This document shows, one piece after another, positions 11,505 to 19,948 of a stretch of DNA of 64,000 nucleotides. The DNA comes from a virus, in IMG/VR virus record IMGVR_UViG_3300047160_018755, positions 1 through 64,000 of that record, one strand, 5' to 3'. The notes beneath the pieces are model-generated. The model worked only from the letters and a program-made list of their open reading frames with translations. It did not search any database and had not been told where the DNA came from. A program made the translations under genes and the position numbers. How positions within the stretch are numbered: the first letter of the stretch is position 1; the number at the start of each line of letters is the position of its first letter.

Positions 11505-12440
11505 TTAGCCGTGGACTCCAGGATTGCCGTCGGATCCGATGAAAACACCGCCGCCACCGGTTTCGTCCGTGAAGGCGAAGAACAGACCGCCCGAGCCGCC
11601 GAAGCCGCCGAGGTTGGAGGCGCCGCCAGCGCCGTTGCCACCGTCGCCACCGCTATAGTCGATGGTGCCGCCCATGTTCGTGAACAGGCCGTAGGCCAGG
11701 TAGATACGACCGCCCGCTCCACCACCGCCACCGCCAGAGCCACCGCCCGTGGGGTCACCAGCGCCGCCAGCGCCGCCCTTCACGGTCATGATGCCCTCGT
11801 GGATGATCTGGGGCGCGCACATGTGGATGACGCCGCCGCCAGCTCCGGCGCCACCGCCAGAGCGAGTCGAGCCACCGCCACCACCGCCACCGCCCGTGCC
11901 ACCTTCGAGGGGGAACACGAGGCCCTTCAGGATGATATGGCCGCTCATGACGGCGTCCCATCCGTTCAGCGCAAGCTGATACTGAGCCTGAACCAGGCTG
12001 AATCCTGGATTGCCACCAGCATGGCCGGCCGCACTGGCTCCGCCTTGGCCGCCGAGGCTGACGGCAATGTCGAGGCCGTCGCCGTCGGAGCCGATCGCGC
12101 CACCGACGCCACCGCCACCGCCCGAGCTACCGCCACCGATGCAGGTCGCTGCGCCCATCGTGCCGACACCACCAGCGCCCGCGGCGCCACCGCTGGCGCC
12201 AGGCTTGCCGGAAGCATCGAGGGTAACTCCGGGGCCGATGTGGATCAGCTCGCTTGCGAACAAGCGGCTGCCGAGCAGACGAACCGTGAAGTCCGGGTCC
12301 GTCGGAACGGCCTTCATGAAGATGATGCGCTTGGCGAAGATGTCTTGATCGAAGACGGTCGACGAGCTGAACGTAACGTCTCCGGCGGAGGCGTTGCCGA
12401 AGAAGCGCGAGTCCATGCCTCCTGGTCCGCGAATGGGCAT
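11505..12440 (-). CDS. glycine-rich putative virion protein
   Basis: 311 aa with GGGGG/GGAGG runs and GG.I motifs, inside structural block. Confidence 0.65.
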   Translation of the reverse strand: MPIRGPGGMDSRFFGNASAGDVTFSSSTVFDQDIFAKRIIFMKAVPTDPDFTVRLLGSRLFASELIHIGPGVTLDASGKPGASGGAAGAGGVGTMGAATCIGGGSSGGGGGVGGAIGSDGDGLDIAVSLGGQGGASAAGHAGGNPGFSLVQAQYQLALNGWDAVMSGHIILKGLVFPLEGGTGGGGGGGGSTRSGGGAGAGGGVIHMCAPQIIHEGIMTVKGGAGGAGDPTGGGSGGGGGGAGGRIYLAYGLFTNMGGTIDYSGGDGGNGAGGASNLGGFGGSGGLFFAFTDETGGGGVFIGSDGNPGVHG

Positions 12441-12643
12441 TACTTCTTCTCCAGCTTCTTGGCGATCATCTTCTCGCCGCAGTCAAGGCAGTAGACCTTG
12501 GGCACTTGCAGCGAGTGCGGGGCGACCGCGGTCAACATGTGACCGATCTTCTCTCCGCAGTCACAGGCGAGCTGCGTGACGACATTGGGGGCGGGCGTCT
12601 TGGGAGGCGCGACGTGAGGGGTCTTGGGAGTGGTGTCAGCCAT
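12440..12643 (-). CDS. small Zn-finger-like protein
   Basis: 67 aa, ACDCG...YCLDCG; RBS AAGG before ATG 12643. Confidence 0.55.
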   Translation of the reverse strand: MADTTPKTPHVAPPKTPAPNVVTQLACDCGEKIGHMLTAVAPHSLQVPKVYCLDCGEKMIAKKLEKK

Positions 12644-12651
12644 GGTGAACC

Positions 12652-14376
12652 TTAGTAGGTGGCGCTTTCCCAGATCACGGTGACGCTGCCGTCCCACGAC
12701 ATGATGCAGAACTGGTCACGCGTGTTGGGGGTGCTCAGTCCGTTGTCGCGCATGAAGAACTTCGAGCGAATCGGCATCGTGCCAGACGGCGATGGCGTCT
12801 GCGGCGGGAAGAGGGTGTTGCGCCATCCCATCGCGCCGCCGGCTTCGAACTGGTGGGCGTCTTCGCGATTCAGGGTTCCGACGTTCCAGCCGACGAGGCG
12901 GACGGTGAGGTTCTGGATGTCGGTGGTGAAGTCGTCCTCCTGGAAGACCATGAGGGCCGACGTCTGCGTCACCGAGAAGTTGTTGTTGCCGAGAACCGAG
13001 ACCTGGGACGTGCCGGTGGCGTAGATGTTGACGTCTCCGGTGTCGTTGTCCCCGCCACCGATGTTGAGAGATCCACCGCCCAGACCGAACCCCGACCTGC
13101 CGCGAGAGAGGCCTTCTCCCATCACGACTCCCGCGTAGGTGTCGATCGTGGCGACCTTGGGCGGAGTGGCAGCGAGGCTGTCCGCCGCGTTCAGCTCGAC
13201 CATGCCTGCCGCCGAGGTGGTGGCGAGCTTGAAGGCGGAGTTGACCGCGTACGACTGGTCGCGCGTGTAGATGCTGCCGCCGTGGTTCCAGGCGATGACG
13301 AAGCGCGAGCCGGGGATCAGCGGGGTGCCCAGCGTTGCGAGCTGTCCCTTGGCGGCGACCAGAGAGCTGCCGCCCGAGCGGTTCGCCGTGCGGTCGACGT
13401 CGACGTAGATGCAGTCACCGTCGACGAGGTCGGTCAAGCCCACCTGGTCGGTCGTCTGGTTCGCGACGGCGTTGAAGACGCCCGTGGAGTTGGCGAACAT
13501 CCAGATCAGGCCCTTCCAGTGGAGGTTGGTGCCGTCCCACTCGAAGTACTCGCCGTTGGAAACGAACGGGCTGCCCGTGCGCGCGAGGCGCTCGTTGATG
13601 GGATTGGTGGGCGAGTACCAGTACTCGCCGCCGCCCAGCTCCCACATGCGAGTCATCGTCGCGTCCATCCACTCCTTGAAGCTCGCGATGGCCTTGTCAC
13701 CGCCGACGAACGTGTCGCCGACCGTGTTCTCGTGACGACCAGCAGGCCACGAGTAGGAGTTCAGGATGTTCGGAACAGTACCGCCCGAACCGAGGCGGAA
13801 GGCGATCTGGCGAGCGTCGATGAGGCCGTTGATGTTGCCGACGTCGTCGACGATCACCTTCGCGATCGGAGCGACGCCCGGGTTGTTCTCGAAGTCGAGC
13901 GTGCCGATGACGATGCGGTAGTCGAGCGTGCGCGCGAGCGGAACCTGAACCGGTGTCTCCAGGTCCGACGACGAGTCGATGAATTCGACGAGGTCGACGG
14001 TCGTGTCGTCCGCGAGACGAACGAAGTCGAGGCCGACGTAGTTGGTCGTGCCCGGCGTGAATCCCCCGAGGACGCGCGGGTTGGTCGTGTTCAGCTGCTC
14101 GTCGGGGCGGTCGGTGGGGACGTGGAAGATCGAGCCCGACTCCGACGCGAGGAAGTGGATGAGCGTGCTGTCGGCGACGCGGATCTTGAGACTCGTCGCG
14201 ATGGTGATTCCCGTCGAGAGGACGTAGAATCCCGACGTGATGAGCGCGTTCTTGCCGGCGAGCATGGTGCCCGCGAGGAGGTCGATGTCACCGGCAACGC
14301 CAGACTCCAAGGAGCGGAGGTGTGGCACGTCTACGCGCTGGTTGCCCAGCCAGTTCTGCTGACGAATTACTGCCAC
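12652..14376 (-). CDS. baseplate/tail-fibre attachment-like structural protein
   Basis: 574 aa, position in tail block, beta-rich; RBS AAGGA. Confidence 0.6.
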   Translation of the reverse strand: MAVIRQQNWLGNQRVDVPHLRSLESGVAGDIDLLAGTMLAGKNALITSGFYVLSTGITIATSLKIRVADSTLIHFLASESGSIFHVPTDRPDEQLNTTNPRVLGGFTPGTTNYVGLDFVRLADDTTVDLVEFIDSSSDLETPVQVPLARTLDYRIVIGTLDFENNPGVAPIAKVIVDDVGNINGLIDARQIAFRLGSGGTVPNILNSYSWPAGRHENTVGDTFVGGDKAIASFKEWMDATMTRMWELGGGEYWYSPTNPINERLARTGSPFVSNGEYFEWDGTNLHWKGLIWMFANSTGVFNAVANQTTDQVGLTDLVDGDCIYVDVDRTANRSGGSSLVAAKGQLATLGTPLIPGSRFVIAWNHGGSIYTRDQSYAVNSAFKLATTSAAGMVELNAADSLAATPPKVATIDTYAGVVMGEGLSRGRSGFGLGGGSLNIGGGDNDTGDVNIYATGTSQVSVLGNNNFSVTQTSALMVFQEDDFTTDIQNLTVRLVGWNVGTLNREDAHQFEAGGAMGWRNTLFPPQTPSPSGTMPIRSKFFMRDNGLSTPNTRDQFCIMSWDGSVTVIWESATY

Positions 14377-14837
14377 TGGTTAGTCCTTCGCAGGTGAGTT
14401 CGGTTCGCGTGACAGTTGGAGCACACTAGATCGCACTTCCCTATCTCCTCCAAGATTACCTCTATGGCCCTAGCGTTGTGGACCAAGGTCGCGATATTGT
14501 CTCTCTTTTGGAACGGATCTCTGTGGTCGAACTGCATGACCCATGGCGGGTGTTTTTCGCCGCAGTCCGTACACGGTCCGCTCTTCAGGTTCGCGACCAG
14601 GCGTTTGTTTTCTTCACGCTTTTCGCTGACCCACTCTACCCTCGACGAACGCCCAACTTCTCGATGGCGATCCTTGTTGTTGGCGTACCACGTATTCGAT
14701 TGAATGCGCACGCACGTCTTGCACTGAGCGACGCGCAAGCCAGCGATTCTATTCCGAAAGCTGAACTCCTCGTCGGGCTTGATCTCTTGGCACTTGCGAC
14801 ACTGTCTCAATCCACATACGGGGACAAAGTTGTTCAT
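14367..14837 (-). CDS. HNH endonuclease
   Basis: CRKC..CKTC N-terminal Zn motifs; CTDC...FDHRD...KCDLVCSNCHANRT HNH core; AT-richer than neighbours; ATG 14837. Confidence 0.85.
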   Translation of the reverse strand: MNNFVPVCGLRQCRKCQEIKPDEEFSFRNRIAGLRVAQCKTCVRIQSNTWYANNKDRHREVGRSSRVEWVSEKREENKRLVANLKSGPCTDCGEKHPPWVMQFDHRDPFQKRDNIATLVHNARAIEVILEEIGKCDLVCSNCHANRTHLRRTNQWQ

Positions 14838-14872
14838 ACATAGAAGATTGGTATCGCGGGATATCGATGCAG

Positions 14873-14957
14873 AGGAAACGGAGGGAGTCGGACCCTCGGG
14901 GCCGTAGCCCACTGGTTTAGCAAACCAGCGTGCAAAACCGACATGCACGTCGTTTCC
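14873..14957 (-). tRNA. tRNA-Ser(GCT), atypical
   Basis: acceptor GGAAACG/CGTTTCC, D stem GTGCA/TGCAC, anticodon arm CTGGT-TTGCTAA-ACCAG, variable arm GGGC-TACG-GCCC, T arm GAGGG-TCCGACT-CCCTC; U73, no CCA. Confidence 0.8.
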
Positions 14958-14963
14958 ATTTAG

Positions 14964-15050
14964 AGGAGGGCTGAGGTTTCGATCCCCCAGGGTTTCCCAC
15001 TGCTATCCTAGTTTTCGGGACTAGTCGCTCGACCACGAGCAGAACCCTCC
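14964..15050 (-). tRNA. tRNA-Ser(CGA), atypical
   Basis: acceptor GGAGGGT/GCCCTCC, D stem GCTC/GAGC, anticodon arm CTAGT-CCCGAAA-ACTAG, long variable arm, T-loop ATCGAAA; U73, no CCA. Confidence 0.65.
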
Positions 15051-15133
15051 GGAATCGCGTTAGCGACTCGACGAAGACGGACTGCTAGATGACGTGCGCT
15101 TCATGGGACGATCTCAAGATTAAGTCTATCGAA

Positions 15134-15559
15134 TCATCCGAGCGGACGCACCTCATTGTTGTACGAAAGCGCAGAAAAAGTGACGCTGCCCGCGGCCAGG
15201 GACTTGGACTCGAAGGACCAGGACTGGCTCTCCACCGAGCAGAAATCCGCTTGAAAGATGGCCGTTTGTGTGACAAGGTCCACGAGCAGGATCGTGAAGT
15301 ACTTCTCGCGCGGCAACTCCAGCAGGGTCGAGATCATGCCGCCGCCTTCGACGGCGCCGTCCATGTGGGTGCGGTAGAGACCCATCGAGCCCGACACGTT
15401 GGTCACGCCCTGCGCCAGCTCGAACGGCAGCACCGAGTCGACCGTCTGGATCTTGCGGCGCGGAGTGTCCACGCTGTAGCTGAAGCGGCTGACTCGGCCG
15501 AAGGGGTTGCCGTTCACGTACAGAACGACCTGGGCCGATGAGAGAACGATCGAGGGCAT
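15134..15559 (-). CDS. tail tube-like protein
   Basis: 141 aa; LYVNG..FGRVSRFSYS...VSGSM...SQSWSF...GSVTFSALS pattern typical of contractile tube fold. Confidence 0.6.
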   Translation of the reverse strand: MPSIVLSSAQVVLYVNGNPFGRVSRFSYSVDTPRRKIQTVDSVLPFELAQGVTNVSGSMGLYRTHMDGAVEGGGMISTLLELPREKYFTILLVDLVTQTAIFQADFCSVESQSWSFESKSLAAGSVTFSALSYNNEVRPLG

Positions 15560-15575
15560 GCCTTAAAGATTGCCT

Positions 15576-18500
15576 TTACGGCCCCAACCGGGCTTCGGGA
15601 ATCTCGTGGTCGAGGTCGTCGCCGCCCCACACGGCCACCTTGTCGGAGAGTTTGTAGTTGCCGTCCTGCGGGTAGCCCTCGGCGCCCAAGCCGAGATCGC
15701 TCGGGTAGATGACGGTGACCAGGACTTGCTTGCCGGCGGCGATGATGTCGTCGATGATCTGCTTGGCAGCCGTGCGTCCCGCGGCCGTGCCGGTCACGTA
15801 GAAGTTTCCCACGAGCTGGTCGGACTCCGGCTCGAAGGGAACGCGACCCGTCAGCAGACGCACGGTCGCGCCCGCGGGAAGGGTCTCGGTGAACGGCACC
15901 GCTGCGTCGAGGATGAGGTCCTCGTTGCCGAGGCGCCCGAGGTAGCGGACCGGGCCGACCACGTTGTTGTAGCCGAAGTTGAACACGAGCCAGCCCTCCT
16001 CGTCAGGAAAGGCGAGGGCGGGGTCGACACCTTCGAGGTGCATCGAGGGGTAGCTGACGCCGCGGTTGAAGACCGTGTCGGTGGTGCCGGCCGTTGCCGT
16101 GATCGCAAACCCGTGCTGGAGGTCGTACGAGAATGGACCCGGGACGCCCTTGATGCCCGGGAACGCGTGCATCGCCGTGTAGGTTCCCGAGGCCGCGGTC
16201 ACGTAGCTGTTGTAGTCGTACTCGTCGGTGTGGTACGTGAAGTGGGTGCTGTCGGGGACGTCGTCGACGCGGTGGATGCCGTTGAGGCCAGCGCCGAGCC
16301 AGAACTTGTCCTCGCCCGGGACGATGATGTGGTTCACCTTCTCGGTCGCGAGGGCGTTGTCGCCGCCGATCATGGCGATGACGTCGTCAGCCAGGAGACC
16401 GCCCGTCGCATGCGAGTGTGCCCGCGGGAGCGGAGCTTGGGCAGCCGTGCGCCACTTCATCGTGGAGAGGCTCAAAACCTCGGTGTCGACGACGGTGTCG
16501 CTGCCCGAAGTCACCCAGATCTCGTTCGTCCTCGGCACGTACACGCAGACCGGGTACTGGCGGGCGTTGCGCATCGAGGGAAGGTTGGCCCAGAGCTGCG
16601 TGGCAGGGTCGAAGATCTCGCAAGTCGCGAGGGTGGCCGGTGTGGGGTTGGTGGGCACGTAGCCGTAGCCTCCGAACACAATCACGCGGCCGTCTGGGAT
16701 CTTGACCACACCGAACCTGGTGCGCGCGTAGGTCATGTTGCCGGCGAATGCCCAGCTGTCGTCGCCGATGTTGTACAGCTCGCAGCGACAGAGGATGTTG
16801 GTGGTGGCCGCATCGATCTGGCCGCCGATGGCGAGAACGAAGTTCCCGTCGTCGAGCGCCACCAGCTCGTGGTGCATGCGGGCGACGTTCATGCTCGCCA
16901 CCGAGCCCCACGCCTCGGTGATCTCGTTCCACATCTCGGCCGTGGCGAGTGGGACGTTGTTGGTGGTCCATCCACCGGAGATCAGGGCATCGCCCAGGTC
17001 AGAGGCCGGGAGCGAGCACTGGCCGTGCGCCGCGCGAGCGGCGAGGAGCGTGCCATTTTGCTGGGACACGGAGAGGGGAGGAAGGAACTGGAGCAGGTCG
17101 TAGCCGTTGGAGGCGGTGCCCGTGGCATCGTCTCCGTTGGCGCCGCCAGTGCAGAGGGTGCGGCCGTCGATCAACAGGCTCGCCCCGAAGTTGCGGTAGC
17201 CGAAGTGGTTGCCGCTGAAGCCGTGGGAGCCGTCGGTGCTGGCGACCTGGTACCAGGTGTACTGGACGCTTCGGCCACCGCCGATGACGAAGGTGTCGCC
17301 CGTGTCCTCCAGGGCCGTGACTCGGTTGAGGGCCGTGAAGGTCACGCCGTCGGGGGTCGTGGCGCCACCGACGACGATCAAGCGTCCCTGAAGGTCACGA
17401 ACGGTCTTCGACCAGACGCCCTGGTAGGTGCCCGTCTGGGAGGCGGTGGAGTGTACCGAGCTGTCGGTCTGGCCATCCTCGCTGTCGTTGACGCTGGCGA
17501 AGTCCACGCTGGGCGAGCCCGGGTCCTGGGGAGGAACGTTGCCGGTCGGAAGGACCTCGTCGATGATAATCTGGTCACCGATCGAGAGACCGTGGGGCGC
17601 GCCTGCGTCGACGCTGACCACGTCCTCGTTGCGCGTGAGGCTGCCCTCGTCGGTGATGCTGTAGGCCGTGGCAGGGTTCAGGTACGCGGCCAGACCCGGA
17701 CCGCGGTCGACGACCTGCGTGGTGGCCGGGATGACGATGTCGAGATACCCATCGTTCTCGCAGACGATGACTCGGCGGCTGTTGTCGTAGATCGTGCGGC
17801 GCTTCGGGCGGAAGAACATCAGGTCCGTGAAGTTCACCTGGACGATGCCCGTCTGCTCCGTGCCCAGCACGTTCACGATCTCGAACCACTGAGTCGAGTG
17901 CGTGACGGACATGTCGACGATGGTGAACGTCCCGTTGGTGCCCACCTGGCCAAACTCCACGCCGTAGATGTACACCAGGTCGCCGATCTGGACGTCGAAC
18001 AGGTTGTACTCGGCGCTGGAGACCATCGTGAAGCGCAGGTTGCCCTGGGTCGTCGGGGAGAATGAGACGTCCCAGGTCGCGAAGGGAGACGACGTGGTCG
18101 CCGTGAAGAGCGGGGTCGGGAACAGGAGCTGGAGGTTGCCGCTGCCGCCGATGATGCGGATGCTGGAGGTCAGGCCCAGGGTACCCGAGTAGATGCGGAC
18201 CTTGTTCTGGCCCGTGATGGGATCGGTCAGCTCGACGGCAAATCCCTGGTTGCCGGCGTCGCGGCACGCGCGGGTGATGGCCGCGGCAACCTCTTCCGCG
18301 GTCGCAGCGCCGATGCGCGTGAAGTGGGAGCGGGTGAAAGTGACCGTGACCGTGTTGCGCTCCTCGAAGAGAACGACGAGCTGGTCGCCGTCCTGGAGGG
18401 CGTAGGTCTCGGGGTTCGCCGTGTCGGCGTACGCGCGGGTGGCGTCGCGGCCGTAGAAGATCTCCAACACCTCCAAGAGAGACTTCTGGGTGAGCTTGCC

Positions 18501-19130
18501 GTTGCGCTGGGTCAGGGAGAGCTGGCGGAACAGGTCGTCCGCCATGTTCACGCCCTTGGGCTTCTGGATACCCTCGTCGCTCGCGCGGCGTTCGAGGTAG
18601 ATGCCGCTGGCGCTCGACAAGAACAGCTGGTCGAAGGCGAGGCGGGCGTTGTCCGCGTTGCGCTGGTCGGCCGCCGCCAGAGCGGCGATCATGGAGTCCC
18701 AGCCCTGCCCTTTGAGAGCCGGGTTCAGGAACTTGCGGAGGACGTTGATCTGCTCGTCGTTCGAAGCTCCGTGTCCAAGCGGGTCTGGGACGAGCTGGGA
18801 GTTCACGAGGAACGTCATCGACGTCGGAGTGGACAGGGCCGTCGAGTTGTCTTCGACGATGTTCTGAACAGAAAGCGTCCACTTCCCGATGGCAAGTGGA
18901 CCAGCCAAGAACAGGTCGATCGACTGGGGGTCTCCGTAGACTGCTGCACACGTAACCGCGTAGTTACGGTTCGGTCCGTCCAGATTGTAGTTGGAGGAGT
19001 TGAGGGCGTCGTTGGTCGCGGTGGGATCGACAGCGGTGGGGTCTTGGGAAAACTTTACACGAATAGACCCAGGAGACAGTACGGTCACTGTCTCAAGATG
19101 AAAAGAGGCTCCTGAAAAGGTAATCGGCAT
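15576..19130 (-). CDS. baseplate wedge protein (gpI/gp7-like) with Kelch beta-propeller
   Basis: ASGIYLERRASDEG...DDLFR wedge motif; multiple Kelch repeats (e.g. SMNVARMHHELVALDDGNFVLAIGG). Confidence 0.65.
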   Translation of the reverse strand: MPITFSGASFHLETVTVLSPGSIRVKFSQDPTAVDPTATNDALNSSNYNLDGPNRNYAVTCAAVYGDPQSIDLFLAGPLAIGKWTLSVQNIVEDNSTALSTPTSMTFLVNSQLVPDPLGHGASNDEQINVLRKFLNPALKGQGWDSMIAALAAADQRNADNARLAFDQLFLSSASGIYLERRASDEGIQKPKGVNMADDLFRQLSLTQRNGKLTQKSLLEVLEIFYGRDATRAYADTANPETYALQDGDQLVVLFEERNTVTVTFTRSHFTRIGAATAEEVAAAITRACRDAGNQGFAVELTDPITGQNKVRIYSGTLGLTSSIRIIGGSGNLQLLFPTPLFTATTSSPFATWDVSFSPTTQGNLRFTMVSSAEYNLFDVQIGDLVYIYGVEFGQVGTNGTFTIVDMSVTHSTQWFEIVNVLGTEQTGIVQVNFTDLMFFRPKRRTIYDNSRRVIVCENDGYLDIVIPATTQVVDRGPGLAAYLNPATAYSITDEGSLTRNEDVVSVDAGAPHGLSIGDQIIIDEVLPTGNVPPQDPGSPSVDFASVNDSEDGQTDSSVHSTASQTGTYQGVWSKTVRDLQGRLIVVGGATTPDGVTFTALNRVTALEDTGDTFVIGGGRSVQYTWYQVASTDGSHGFSGNHFGYRNFGASLLIDGRTLCTGGANGDDATGTASNGYDLLQFLPPLSVSQQNGTLLAARAAHGQCSLPASDLGDALISGGWTTNNVPLATAEMWNEITEAWGSVASMNVARMHHELVALDDGNFVLAIGGQIDAATTNILCRCELYNIGDDSWAFAGNMTYARTRFGVVKIPDGRVIVFGGYGYVPTNPTPATLATCEIFDPATQLWANLPSMRNARQYPVCVYVPRTNEIWVTSGSDTVVDTEVLSLSTMKWRTAAQAPLPRAHSHATGGLLADDVIAMIGGDNALATEKVNHIIVPGEDKFWLGAGLNGIHRVDDVPDSTHFTYHTDEYDYNSYVTAASGTYTAMHAFPGIKGVPGPFSYDLQHGFAITATAGTTDTVFNRGVSYPSMHLEGVDPALAFPDEEGWLVFNFGYNNVVGPVRYLGRLGNEDLILDAAVPFTETLPAGATVRLLTGRVPFEPESDQLVGNFYVTGTAAGRTAAKQIIDDIIAAGKQVLVTVIYPSDLGLGAEGYPQDGNYKLSDKVAVWGGDDLDHEIPEARLGP

Positions 19131-19131
19131 T

Positions 19132-19455
19132 TTACTGTGAAGTGCTCACCAACGAAGCGTCCAACGTGTAGGAAACTCCATCAGTCATCCTGTCTGTAAT
19201 CAAAATGAAAAAGTAGTCCGTTACGTATTTCACGCTATGAACTTTGATCGGAGGCGTGATAACGTATTTAGTTGGATCCAGGGCCTCTTTGGTCACCGGC
19301 CTGACCTGAAAAACTACGGAGAGGGACCTGGCATCGAGTCCTTTCGTTTCGCTGAGGGCATCGGGAATGAAGTCCGCAAACCCGTCGGTGGCGATTGATG
19401 TGTAGGGACCCTCGTCGTCGTCAATGCCCAGGCCCCCCAGGGCGAAAGATGGCAT
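19132..19455 (-). CDS. hypothetical structural protein (Ig-like)
   Basis: 107 aa, coupled to neighbours; similar to the N-terminus of 15576-19130 (i.VvF...p...a.ld..nY). Confidence 0.55.
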   Translation of the reverse strand: MPSFALGGLGIDDDEGPYTSIATDGFADFIPDALSETKGLDARSLSVVFQVRPVTKEALDPTKYVITPPIKVHSVKYVTDYFFILITDRMTDGVSYTLDASLVSTSQ

Positions 19456-19458
19456 TGA

Positions 19459-19938
19459 TTACTCCGGAGTTTTGCGGGTGATATTCCTGAATGCTGGGTT
19501 GTTGTCCTTGTCGAACAGATCGAACTTTACAAGAACGGACGAATTCGGACGTTTCACGACCAGCTTGTTGGCATCGGGGCCGGACGTATTCACGCTGTGC
19601 TCTCCGAAGTTCGAGTCGTACACATCCTGGACCTGGGACCCAATCGTCGGCACGGTGTCGGCCGCGTAGTCCTCCGAACGCATGTAGCGCCCGATATAGG
19701 GCGGGTTCGAGCCGGCACCGCAGTTGATGAGATAAACGATCCCATGAACTCCGGGGTTGGCAAATGAGGGCGTGAACTTGTAGATGCCAGCGGCGATCTG
19801 GGTGAACGTTGGTGGCGTGATGTCAGATCCGGCCTCGTCCTTGTACGAAGAGAACGTGAGCGTTCCCACCAGGCCCGCCTTGGGGGCGCCCGTGATTGCG
19901 TCGAAGACGAAGAAGATTTCGGGAGTTGGAGTTGCCAC
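19459..19938 (-). CDS. hypothetical structural protein
   Basis: 159-aa ORF in tail block, RBS AAAGG. Confidence 0.6.
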   Translation of the reverse strand: MATPTPEIFFVFDAITGAPKAGLVGTLTFSSYKDEAGSDITPPTFTQIAAGIYKFTPSFANPGVHGIVYLINCGAGSNPPYIGRYMRSEDYAADTVPTIGSQVQDVYDSNFGEHSVNTSGPDANKLVVKRPNSSVLVKFDLFDKDNNPAFRNITRKTPE

Positions 19939-19948
19939 TGTTCAGCCT

